44,075 bases of DNA, taken from contig DASRZO010000241.1 in the NCBI GenBank assembly GCA_035686405.1, forward strand, positions 1 through 44,075, written 5' to 3'. The DNA comes from Pseudomonadales bacterium. Lineage in GTDB: Bacteria; Pseudomonadota; Gammaproteobacteria; Pseudomonadales; Azotimanducaceae. Positions 24,257 through 33,148 of this stretch are shown piece after piece. The notes under the pieces were generated by a model. The model was not told where the DNA came from, made no database searches, and saw nothing but the letters and a program-made list of their open reading frames with translations. The stretch's first letter is position 1; each line of letters starts with the position of its first letter. The position numbers were made by a program, and so were the translations under genes.

Positions 24257-25552
24257 ATGTACGCCGGCTTCGATTACGGCACGTCCAATTGCTCCATCGG
24301 ATTGCTGCGCGACGGCGCCGTGCGTCTCGCGCCGCTCGAGGACGCCGAGACGTTGATTCCGTCGACGCTGTACGCACCGCGTCCGCAACAGCAATTGGAG
24401 CGCAGCATCGCCGACATCCGCGGCCTCGACGTGCGCACGCGAGCGCTCGACGAACTGCGCTTCGGCCGCGCCGCGTTGGCCGCGTATCTCGAGGCGCCGT
24501 CGGCCGGGTATTTCGTCAAGAGCCCGAAGAGCTTTCTCGGCGCGAAGGGCTTGAGCGAGGAAATCAAAGACCGCTTCGTCGGCGTCGTCGCGGCGATGAT
24601 GGCGAACGTCAAACGCGGCGCCGACGCGGCCGCGGGCGAGTCGATTCGTCAGGTGGTCATCGGCCGACCGATCAACTTCCAAGGCGCGGGCGGCGACGAG
24701 GAAAATCGCAACGCGCTCGCCATGCTGACCGAAGCAGCGCGCGATGCCGGCTTCGTCGACATCGAATTTCTGTTCGAGCCGATGGCGGCGGCGATGGAGT
24801 ACGAAGCGCGCCTCGAACATGAAGAATGCGTACTCGTGCTCGACATCGGCGGCGGTACGACGGATTGCTCGTTCGTCCGGGTCGGCCCGAAACGGCGAGT
24901 GTCGCTGGAGCGTCACGCCGACATACTCGGCCACGCCGGCGAGCGCATCGGCGGCAACGACTACGACCAACTGCTCGCGCTGCGCGCCATCATGGCACTG
25001 TTGGGGTTCGGCGACGCCTTGACGTCGGGACTGCCCATCCCGAACACGTACTTCGTCGATGCGGTATCGACGAACGACGTGAACGCGCAGCAGCGCTTCT
25101 ATTCGCGGCAGACGCGGGAACGACTCGACCGGATGGTCGGCGAGGCGCAGCGTCCCGAGCGGCTCGCGCGCCTGCGCGCAGTGCAGACCGAGCGCTTGAG
25201 CTATCGCATCGTGCGCAGCGCGGAGCTCGCAAAGGTCGCGCTGTCCGATACGGAACTCGCTGCGGTCGATCTGAGCTATCTCGAGGACGGGTTGGCGGGC
25301 AGCACGGATCGCGCGCAGTTCCAGCAATCGTGCGAGCGCCTGCTCGTGCATCTGCACGGCCTGGTCGCGGAAACGGTCACCGCGGCAGGTAGACAACCCG
25401 ACGTCATCTACCTGACCGGCGGGATGGCGCGCGCGACGATCGTGCGTCGATATCTCGAGGCGGAGTTTCCGACTGCACGCTTCGTCGACAGCGATCACTT
25501 CGCGAGCGTCACCGAAGGGCTAACGCTATGGGCACAGCGGCTGTTCGGTTGA
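24257..25552 (+). CDS. yegD: Hsp70-family chaperone-like protein YegD
   Basis: Colinear by eye with E. coli YegD: GFDYGTSNCS, FVKSPKSFLGA, VIGRPINFQG.GGDE, VLDIGGGTTDCS, GHAGERIGGND, RLSYRIVRSAE, DVIYLTGG.AR. Confidence 0.85.
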   Translation: MYAGFDYGTSNCSIGLLRDGAVRLAPLEDAETLIPSTLYAPRPQQQLERSIADIRGLDVRTRALDELRFGRAALAAYLEAPSAGYFVKSPKSFLGAKGLSEEIKDRFVGVVAAMMANVKRGADAAAGESIRQVVIGRPINFQGAGGDEENRNALAMLTEAARDAGFVDIEFLFEPMAAAMEYEARLEHEECVLVLDIGGGTTDCSFVRVGPKRRVSLERHADILGHAGERIGGNDYDQLLALRAIMALLGFGDALTSGLPIPNTYFVDAVSTNDVNAQQRFYSRQTRERLDRMVGEAQRPERLARLRAVQTERLSYRIVRSAELAKVALSDTELAAVDLSYLEDGLAGSTDRAQFQQSCERLLVHLHGLVAETVTAAGRQPDVIYLTGGMARATIVRRYLEAEFPTARFVDSDHFASVTEGLTLWAQRLFG

Positions 25553-25589
25553 ACGCCGCGCGCTTCTAACGCCTTCGGCGTGCGCCGGA

Positions 25590-27401
25590 TTAGAAGCCCG
25601 CGGCGCCGGCGCGAATCTTGTCGAGGAACTGCGCGTCCAGCGGTTCGTATTGCGACTTGCCGGGCTTCATCACGTAGAGCGGATCCTTGACGAGCGACAG
25701 GTCGTAGCCTTCGCGCCGCAGGTCGCCCTTCATCAGCTTGAACGTGCCGGTGACTTCCATTTCTGGGTGAATGCGCAGGAACACGGGTCGCGCATAACTC
25801 GGCAACGAGCGGGCGACGTATTCGGAGAAGTCGGCGAGATCGAGCTTCGTCACGCCGCTGCGCAACGTCAGCGCAGCCATGCCGGCGCGGCCGTCCGCCT
25901 TCGGAATCGCCACGCCGTAGACGTTGCAGAACTGCACTTGCGGGTTCTGGTTCAAGATCTCGCCGACCTCGTTGGTCGACACGTTCTCGGAGCGCCAACG
26001 GAACGTGTCGCCCACGCGATCGACGAATTGATAGTGCTTTTGCCCTGCGCTGAAGCCCACGTCGACTTCGCGGATCAAATCGCCCGAGTTGAACCAGGCG
26101 TCGCCGGTCGCGAGCACGTCGTGCACGACCTTCTTCTGCGTCGCCTCGGCGTTCGTGTAGCCCTCGAACACTTGTCCGGCGTTGATCTCCGCGAGCAAGA
26201 GTCCGGCTTCGCCCTGCGGCACCTCGATGCAACGGCCGTTCGCGTCGCGAACGATCTCGTCTGCGTCGACGTCGTAACGCACCAGCGCGATCTTGTTGGC
26301 GGTCATACCGATCGTGCGGTCCTTGTTCAGCAGGTTCATGAAGGCGACGTTGCCTTCGCTCGCGCCGTAGAACTCGGTGATGCGCCGGATGCGGAACCGG
26401 CGCTTGAAATCGAGCCAGATGTCCGGGCGCAGACCGTTGCCGACGATGCGCTCGATCGGATTGTCGCCGTCGTCCGGCAATTCCGGCTGCGCCATCAGAT
26501 AGCGGCACAGTTCGCCGATGTAGACGAAGCAGTTCGTGCGGTATTGCCGCGCCTCCTTGAGGAAATTCGATGCGGAGAATTTGCGCCGCAGGAAGATGGT
26601 CGAGCCGGAATACAGCGTCGAGCCGAACCCGACGATCAGTCCGGTGCCGTGGTACAGCGGCAGACACACGTACAGGCGATCGTTCTCGTTGCTGCGAAAT
26701 CCCGCTTTGCACGACGTGAGTCCGGTCGCGAGAAACCGCCGCTGCGACACGACGGCGGCTTTCGGCAGGCCGGTCGTTCCCGACGTGAAGATGTACGTCA
26801 CGCTGTCGGCCAATTTGATCCGGCGCGTTTCCTCGGGATTCGATGCGTCGGCCGCCGCGGCTTCTGCGCCGAGATCGTTCGCCCAGTTCGGCGCAGCCGT
26901 TGCTCCTTTGTCCGCGACGAACAAATAGTCGTTGCCTTCGCGCAGCGACAGGTCGGCTTTCACTTCGGCGACTGCGTCTGCCAGTTCTTCGCCGAACACC
27001 CACGCCTTCGATTGTGTGACGGATACGCAGTGCGTCAGCGCTCGCCCGCGCAAATTCGTGTTGATCATCGACGATATCGCGCCGAGTTTGCCGATCGCGA
27101 CGAACGCCGCGAGGAATTCGATCCGGTTCTCCATCATCAAGCTGACGACGTCGCCGTGCGCGATGCCGCGGCCTTTGAGCACGTTCGCGTAGCGGTTTGC
27201 GAGTGCGTTGAACTGGTTCCAGGTGATCTCGCGGCCTTCGAAGATCAGCATCGTGCGGTCGCCCAAACGAACTGCGAGGTCTTCGACGCGCGCACCGATC
27301 GAGTCGATCGTGTCGAGTGGCCGCGGCGCGAGGTACTTGCGCGTTCGCAGCAAGCGCACCAGCTCGATCAACGTCGAAAAGACTTCACGCACTCCCGCCA
27401 T
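25590..27401 (-). CDS. Long-chain acyl-CoA synthetase, FATP/FadD6-like
   Basis: AMP-binding motif YIFTSGTTGLPKAA, FYGASEGN and GD.FRWRSENVST, typical of fatty-acid-transport-protein-type synthetases. ATG 27401 is preferred; the ORF track starts at in-frame TTG 27428. Confidence 0.85.
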   Translation of the reverse strand: MAGVREVFSTLIELVRLLRTRKYLAPRPLDTIDSIGARVEDLAVRLGDRTMLIFEGREITWNQFNALANRYANVLKGRGIAHGDVVSLMMENRIEFLAAFVAIGKLGAISSMINTNLRGRALTHCVSVTQSKAWVFGEELADAVAEVKADLSLREGNDYLFVADKGATAAPNWANDLGAEAAAADASNPEETRRIKLADSVTYIFTSGTTGLPKAAVVSQRRFLATGLTSCKAGFRSNENDRLYVCLPLYHGTGLIVGFGSTLYSGSTIFLRRKFSASNFLKEARQYRTNCFVYIGELCRYLMAQPELPDDGDNPIERIVGNGLRPDIWLDFKRRFRIRRITEFYGASEGNVAFMNLLNKDRTIGMTANKIALVRYDVDADEIVRDANGRCIEVPQGEAGLLLAEINAGQVFEGYTNAEATQKKVVHDVLATGDAWFNSGDLIREVDVGFSAGQKHYQFVDRVGDTFRWRSENVSTNEVGEILNQNPQVQFCNVYGVAIPKADGRAGMAALTLRSGVTKLDLADFSEYVARSLPSYARPVFLRIHPEMEVTGTFKLMKGDLRREGYDLSLVKDPLYVMKPGKSQYEPLDAQFLDKIRAGAAGF

Positions 27402-27580
27402 GTCCGAACGGCTCCCCTCGAATTTCAAATCCCGGCGACCTTAAGCGACCGGCGCGGTCGACGGCAAGGCGAGCGCCGACCGACGTGTATCCGCCAGAGA
27501 GCAGTTCGATCGGCGTGTCTGTGCTTGCCTCGGCGTCGTGCGTTTGGCGATGCTGCGAGTTCGTCAGATGGGGGTGAGCG

Positions 27581-28435
27581 ATGAATCGGTGGCAAATCGG
27601 TAACGTGAAGATCTCGCGGATCGTCGAACTCGAAGTAGCCGGCGGAACGAAGTTCATCTTGCCGGACGCGACGCCGGCCGCGTGTCGCGAGATCGAGTGG
27701 TTGAAACCGCATTTCATGACCGACGACGGCAAGCTGATCATGAGCGTGCACGCGCTGGTGCTCGACACCGGCAAGCATCGGGTCATCGTCGATACGTGCA
27801 TCGGCAACGACAAAGAGCGCTCGATTCCGAGTTGGAGCCATCTGCAGACGTCGTTCTTGAGCGACTTGGCCGCCGCCGGCTATCCGCGCGAATCGATCGA
27901 TACCGTGATGTGCACGCATTTGCACGTCGATCACATCGGCTGGAACACGATGTTGGTCGACGGCAAATGGGTGCCGACGTTCCCGAACGCGCGTTATCTG
28001 ATCGCCGAGCAGGAGTGGAACTACTGGGACTCGCACCAAGACGAATCGCAATACGGCTCGGTGCTCGCCGACTCCGTGCGGCCGGTCATCGAAGCGGGCC
28101 TCGTCGATTTCGTCCCGATGACACATCGCCTGACCGATGAGATTTGGTTCGAGCCGACGCCCGGACACACCGCAGGTCACGTCAGCGTGCACATCCGCTC
28201 GAACGGCGAAGAAGCGTTGATCACCGGAGACTGCATTCACCATCCGTGTCAGATCGCGCGCACGGACTGGCGCAGCAGCGCCGACTACGACGGCGAACAA
28301 GGCGTGCGCACGCGCGAGGCGTTGCTCGAGAAATACGGCGATCAGCCGGTGCTCGTGATCGGCACGCACTTCGCGACGCCGACGGCGGGGCACATCAAAC
28401 GCGCCGGCCAGGGGGCGTATCGGTTCGAGGTGTGA
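27581..28435 (+). CDS. MBL-fold metallo-hydrolase (lactonase-like)
   Basis: HxHxDH motif (THLHVDHIGW), downstream His (PGHTAGH) and Asp/His ligands. Confidence 0.8.
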   Translation: MNRWQIGNVKISRIVELEVAGGTKFILPDATPAACREIEWLKPHFMTDDGKLIMSVHALVLDTGKHRVIVDTCIGNDKERSIPSWSHLQTSFLSDLAAAGYPRESIDTVMCTHLHVDHIGWNTMLVDGKWVPTFPNARYLIAEQEWNYWDSHQDESQYGSVLADSVRPVIEAGLVDFVPMTHRLTDEIWFEPTPGHTAGHVSVHIRSNGEEALITGDCIHHPCQIARTDWRSSADYDGEQGVRTREALLEKYGDQPVLVIGTHFATPTAGHIKRAGQGAYRFEV

Positions 28436-28547
28436 GCCGTCGCGAGTCCGCGCCGCACCGTTGCCCGCGTCGCGGGTTGGACAGCGCGATCGGTGCGTTC
28501 GTCGGCCGCGGTCGCGTGGCTACCGTTCGCTGTTCCGACGCCGGCCG

Positions 28548-28811
28548 CTAACGACCACGCTTTGGCGCGCGGTCGTACACCAGGTCCATGTGATAGCGCC
28601 GCCGCATGTCGTTGAGCCACTGTTCGGCGCGGCGGCGCAACGGCGGGAAATCCGAAACGACCAGCGCCAAGCCGAGCGGCAGCATCCAAAAGCCGAGCAC
28701 CGGCAAGAACCCGAGCAGACCGCTCGGTATCAGCACGATCCCGAGCAGGCTGCGCGCGCCCGGCGGCAGCCGACGCTGCGCCCAGCGCAGAGTCCGGTAC
28801 GCGAGAATCAC
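28548..28811 (-). CDS. Possible small two-TM membrane protein (tentatively PGPGW-like); start uncertain
   Basis: The C-terminal part of ORF 28548..29303 reads ...RTLRWAQRRLPPGARSLLGIVLIPSGLLGFLPVLGFWMLPLGLALVVSDFPPLRRRAEQWL. There is no ATG downstream of the upstream gene's stop. GTG 28811 is the first conventional start. Confidence 0.35.
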   Translation of the reverse strand: MILAYRTLRWAQRRLPPGARSLLGIVLIPSGLLGFLPVLGFWMLPLGLALVVSDFPPLRRRAEQWLNDMRRRYHMDLVYDRAPKRGR

Positions 28812-28906
28812 GAACCGATAGCGCCAGTGGCGGATCTTCGGAGAACGCTGGTACGCGGTGTCTCGAATGGTGGCCTCGGTCGTCGTCCCCGACTGCGGAC
28901 GAAGCG

Positions 28907-30013
28907 TCAGACCTGCATCGGGCTGTCGTCGGGCGCCGTGTGGCGGTCCGGGTTGGCGCGCCGATCGAGATCGGGATCGATCGATCTGAAGTAGTAGCAG
29001 CCGTCTTCGCCGAGCTTGCGTTCGATGCGGTTGCGATGCATCAGCAAGTGCAAGTGCGCGATCGCCTCGCCGAGCGCCATCATCATCTGGCGCGGATCGA
29101 GATGGCGTTTGAACAACACCGGCAACAGTTCGCGCGCGACGGCGGGTGTCCGACAGTGTTCTTCGATCGCGAGCATCCGGTCTTCGTGATGGTTGATCAA
29201 CTGCCGCAGCCGCTCGCGCACGCCGTAGAACGGCAAGTTGTGCGCCGGCAGGACCAACGTCTCGTTCGGCGTCTTCATGAACTTGTCGTGCGACTCCATC
29301 CAATCACGCAACGGGTTCGCATCGGGCTCGGTCGGATGAACGCTGACGTTCGACGTGATGATCGGCAGAATTTGGTCGCCCGAGATCATGACGTCGAGCG
29401 CCTTGCAGTGCAGGCACACGTGCTCGGGCGAGTGACCGGCGCCGACGACGACTTCCCACACCTGATTGCCGATGCGCAACTCGTCGCCGTCGACGAGGCG
29501 GCGGTAGCCCATCGGCAATGCCGGCATCCCGAAGCCGTCGTTGCGGCGCGTCTCCCACATCTGCCGCATCTGGCCCATGTAGTCGCGCGGCATGCCGGCG
29601 AGCTCGTAGAACACCTGACCTTGCCAGCTCGAGTGGTTGCTGCCTGGACCCGACGCGTGGAACGCGCGGGCCTGGTAGTACTCGGCGCGCGACATCATCA
29701 GCACGCACTTGTACTCGTCGCAGATCGTGCCGGCTTGGCCGATGTGGTCCGGATGCATGTGCGTGCAGATGACGCCTTTGACCGGCTTGCCGCGCATCGC
29801 TCCGGTGAACACCTGCCGCCACAGCTGTTCGGTCTCTTGGTTGCCGAGACCGGTATCGACGACGTACCAACCGTCGTCGTCGTCGAGCAGATAGAGGTTG
29901 ATGTGCGACAGCGAGCCGCCCATCGGCATCGTCAACCAATGTACGCCGGGGGCGATTTCGCGCGTGACGCCGGGCTGCGGGTGATCGGAGTACGGGTAAA
30001 CGAGATCGGCCAT
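28907..30013 (-). CDS. MBL-fold metallo-hydrolase
   Basis: THMHPDHIGQ motif and later GHSPEH. ATG 30013 (MADLVYPY...) is preferred over ORF-track TTG 30052. Confidence 0.8.
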   Translation of the reverse strand: MADLVYPYSDHPQPGVTREIAPGVHWLTMPMGGSLSHINLYLLDDDDGWYVVDTGLGNQETEQLWRQVFTGAMRGKPVKGVICTHMHPDHIGQAGTICDEYKCVLMMSRAEYYQARAFHASGPGSNHSSWQGQVFYELAGMPRDYMGQMRQMWETRRNDGFGMPALPMGYRRLVDGDELRIGNQVWEVVVGAGHSPEHVCLHCKALDVMISGDQILPIITSNVSVHPTEPDANPLRDWMESHDKFMKTPNETLVLPAHNLPFYGVRERLRQLINHHEDRMLAIEEHCRTPAVARELLPVLFKRHLDPRQMMMALGEAIAHLHLLMHRNRIERKLGEDGCYYFRSIDPDLDRRANPDRHTAPDDSPMQV

Positions 30014-30140
30014 GGGTCCGGAGTATATCAGCGCAATGCGGCGTTGCAGCAAGACCTAGGCACTTCTCCGCAGTGTCGGCGCGCCGGATCGGCGATTAAC
30101 ATCGGCCGACGCAACGGGAGAACAGCACGGGAGGACAGCC

Positions 30141-30644
30141 ATGGCGGACGAAGAACAGGTCGAACTCGGCACGATCAAACGCGCCAACGGCCGTTTCGAG
30201 GCGCGGCTCGAGCGCTTCCTCGAGCACGATCCCAAAGACGTGTGGGCGATGTTGACCGATCCGGCGCGGCTGCCCGAATGGCTCGCGCCGGGGGAGCTGG
30301 CGCTGAAGAAGGGCGGACCGGCGAAGCTGAACTTTCCCGAGAGCGGAACGGTGATCGACAGCACCGTCAGCGCGGTCGAGCCGCCGCGGCTGATCGAATA
30401 CTCGTGGAGCGGTCCGGGCGAACCGCTCCGACCGGTACGTTGGGAGGCGATCCCCGCGAGCGGCGGTACGCGGCTCGTGCTGACGTTGTCGGTGCCGGAG
30501 AACGAAGACATCGCGCGCTCGTGCGCCGGTTGGGAGGCGCACCTGCAGATGCTGCTCGCGGCGATCGAAGGCGTGCCGATCAAGTTTCCGTTCGACCGCT
30601 TCAAGTCGACGCGCGAAGCATACAAAGCAATGGTCGCGCGATGA
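30141..30644 (+). CDS. SRPBCC/AHSA1-domain protein
   Basis: 167 aa with DVWAMLTDPARLPEWL and a beta-rich core typical of the Aha1/START-like fold. The stop overlaps the next ATG (ATGA). Confidence 0.65.
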   Translation: MADEEQVELGTIKRANGRFEARLERFLEHDPKDVWAMLTDPARLPEWLAPGELALKKGGPAKLNFPESGTVIDSTVSAVEPPRLIEYSWSGPGEPLRPVRWEAIPASGGTRLVLTLSVPENEDIARSCAGWEAHLQMLLAAIEGVPIKFPFDRFKSTREAYKAMVAR

Positions 30645-31648
30645 GCAAAGACAAGAATCCGCTCGACGAACGGATGCACGCGGTCCGCGACGAACCCGCG
30701 TGGAGCGAAAGCTACTACTTCAACTTCGTCGATCCGGCGAACCGGCTCGCGATGTTCACGCGCATGGGTTTTCGTCCCGGCGACGGCTGGGCCGACGGGC
30801 TGCACGTCGTCTACCTCGGCGGCGATCGCGTCGCGTTCACGTACGGTCGCCGCACGATCGAACGCGATCTATCGCGGTATGACGGCGATCTCTCGGTCGG
30901 CGGCCTGACGCTCGATTGCGTCGAACCGTTCGGCCTGTGGCGCGTGCGCTACTCGGGTCCCGCGCAGGACGTTGCCGACGCGTCGGTCCTGCTCGAACGC
31001 AGCAAGTCGCGTCCAGCCGGTTGGTATCGCGACGCGACGCTCGAGATGAGCGTCGATTTCAAAGCGCTCACGGAGCCGCACTACGCAGCCGGCGGCGCGC
31101 GCGGACACTTCGAGCAGACGGGCGAAGTGAGGGGCGTCATCACGATCGCCGGACAGACGACGCAGGTGCACGGCTTCGGCGTACGCGACAAATCGTGGGG
31201 TCCGCGCGACTGGGGCGCGGCGGTCGCACCGGCGCACGCGCGCGGTCCGAAGGTGCATTCGGCGGAACCGGCGCCGTTCGTCAATTGGTTCTCGATGAAC
31301 TTCGGGCCGGCGCTCGCGCTCGGCGGATCGTGCGGCCGCGCGGACGACGGCGTGATGCGCGGGTCGGGTTGGATTCACCACGACGGCCGCACCGAAGACC
31401 TGCACGACGTCGTCATCGAGAGCACGTATCGCGAAGGCACGATCCTGCACGAGGAGGTCCGCTTGTCGGCGCGTGCCGCGAGCGGCAAGAAGATCGAGGT
31501 CCATGGACGCATCTTGACCGTGTGTCCGACGAAGATTCCGATGCCGGGCGGCGCCACGTTCGTCAACGAAGGGCTCGCCGAGTTTCGTACGGAAGGTCAC
31601 ATCGGTTTCGGGATCAGCGAGCACTGGCACCGGGTCGTCGGCGCATGA
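30641..31648 (+). CDS. Conserved hypothetical protein (W-x-E-S-Y-Y-F-N type, seen in lipid-metabolism neighbourhoods)
   Basis: 335 aa starting MSKDKNPLDE...EPAWSESYYFNFVD...HGFGVRDKSWGPRDW. ATG 30641 is in frame within the artefactual ORF 28940..31648. I do not assert a family name. Confidence 0.55.
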   Translation: MSKDKNPLDERMHAVRDEPAWSESYYFNFVDPANRLAMFTRMGFRPGDGWADGLHVVYLGGDRVAFTYGRRTIERDLSRYDGDLSVGGLTLDCVEPFGLWRVRYSGPAQDVADASVLLERSKSRPAGWYRDATLEMSVDFKALTEPHYAAGGARGHFEQTGEVRGVITIAGQTTQVHGFGVRDKSWGPRDWGAAVAPAHARGPKVHSAEPAPFVNWFSMNFGPALALGGSCGRADDGVMRGSGWIHHDGRTEDLHDVVIESTYREGTILHEEVRLSARAASGKKIEVHGRILTVCPTKIPMPGGATFVNEGLAEFRTEGHIGFGISEHWHRVVGA

Positions 31649-31795
31649 CATAGTCGCGCCCGTTGCGACTCCGGCGTCGATCCTCTGCACACTTCCGCTG
31701 ACCTCACGGGTACTGCACCGCCGGCGAAGATTCCGCGCACGACCGTCGTATGGTTCGGCGCCGGCGGCGTCGCACTCGGCATCGTCGGCAACGCG

Positions 31796-33148
31796 GTGTC
31801 GTATTTTCTGCTCGTCTACTACAACCAGGTGCTCGGGATTCCCGCCTATCTGGTCAGTCTCGCGCTCGCCGTTGCGCTGATCGCCGACGCGTGTATCGAT
31901 CCGGTCGTCGGCATGTTGTCCGACCGCACGCAGTCGCGGCTCGGCCGTCGTCATCCCTATATCTACGGTGCGCTGGTGCCGTTGCCGCTGCTGTATTTCC
32001 TGCTGTGGAATCCGCCGGCGTGGGCGACCGCGACGCATGTCGTCGGTTTCGCGTACCTGACGACGCTGCTGATCGTGTTCCGCACGGCGCTCGCGTGCTT
32101 CGACATTCCGTCGAACGCGATGGTGCCGGAGCTGACGAGCGACTACGACCGGCGTACGTCGTTGATGTCGGCGCGGTTGTCGGCCGCGTGGGTCGCCGGC
32201 GTGTCGTTCACGATCGCGATGTACGGCTACTTCCTGCAGCCGACGGCCGCGCAACCCGACGGCGTGCTGAACGCGATGGGCTATCGCCTCGCGAGTTGGC
32301 TCGGTGCGACGCTGATCCTCGTTTCGGTGACGGCGACGGCATTCGGGACGCACCGGCACGTACCGGCGCTGCGCGGCGCGCGCCAGCACGCGTCGCTCGA
32401 TCTGCGCGCCGCGTGGAGCACCGTGCGCGCGATCTTCGCGAACGGTCCGTTTCGCGCATTGATGCTGTACGCGATCGTGTATCGCAGCACCGACGGCCTG
32501 TTCGCCGCGTTGTGGATCTACCTCGTCACCTACTTCTGGCTGCTCGAGCCGAGCCAGATCGCTTGGTTGACGTCGATGAATCTGATCGGGTCGTTCCTCG
32601 CCATGGCGGTGACGCCGTGGCTGTCGCGCAATCACGACAAACGCACGATCGTGCTCGCGGCGAACTTTGCGTCGCTGATCACGAGCTGCGGTCCGATCAC
32701 GCTGCGGCTGCTGGGCTTCTTGCCCGACCACGCGATCTTCCCGACGCTGCTCGGCGTCGCGATCTTCGACACGTTCCTGATCGTCGTCACCGTGTCGGTG
32801 CTCGCGTCGATGATCACCGACCTCGTCGAAGACGTGCAGCGCACCGACGGCCGCCGTCACGAAGGCGCGATCATCTCGGCGCAGACGTTCATCTCGAAGT
32901 TGTCGACCGCTTCCGGCACGTGGATCGCCGGCTTGGTGTTGACGGCGATCGCGTTTCCGCAGGCGAGCCGCGTCGCGGACGTGACGCGCGACACCGCGAA
33001 TTCGTTGGGGCTGACGTATCTGCTGGTGCTGTACGGCTCGATCGCGCTGTGCGGCGCGCTGCTCTTCCGCTACAAGCTCGACCGCATCACGCATGCGGCG
33101 AACGTCGCGAGCGTCGGTGTTGCAGGAGACGGGCGGCGTCGTGCCTGA
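31796..33148 (+). CDS. GPH/MFS-family cation symporter (MelB/YicJ-like); the true N-terminus probably lies upstream of 31796
   Basis: 12-TM pattern with DR.QSRLGRRHPYI (the GPH D-R-x-x-x-x-G-R-R motif). The frame is open back to 31649 and encodes the TM1-like segment WFGAGGVALGIVGNA upstream of the GTG. Confidence 0.8.
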   Translation: MSYFLLVYYNQVLGIPAYLVSLALAVALIADACIDPVVGMLSDRTQSRLGRRHPYIYGALVPLPLLYFLLWNPPAWATATHVVGFAYLTTLLIVFRTALACFDIPSNAMVPELTSDYDRRTSLMSARLSAAWVAGVSFTIAMYGYFLQPTAAQPDGVLNAMGYRLASWLGATLILVSVTATAFGTHRHVPALRGARQHASLDLRAAWSTVRAIFANGPFRALMLYAIVYRSTDGLFAALWIYLVTYFWLLEPSQIAWLTSMNLIGSFLAMAVTPWLSRNHDKRTIVLAANFASLITSCGPITLRLLGFLPDHAIFPTLLGVAIFDTFLIVVTVSVLASMITDLVEDVQRTDGRRHEGAIISAQTFISKLSTASGTWIAGLVLTAIAFPQASRVADVTRDTANSLGLTYLLVLYGSIALCGALLFRYKLDRITHAANVASVGVAGDGRRRA

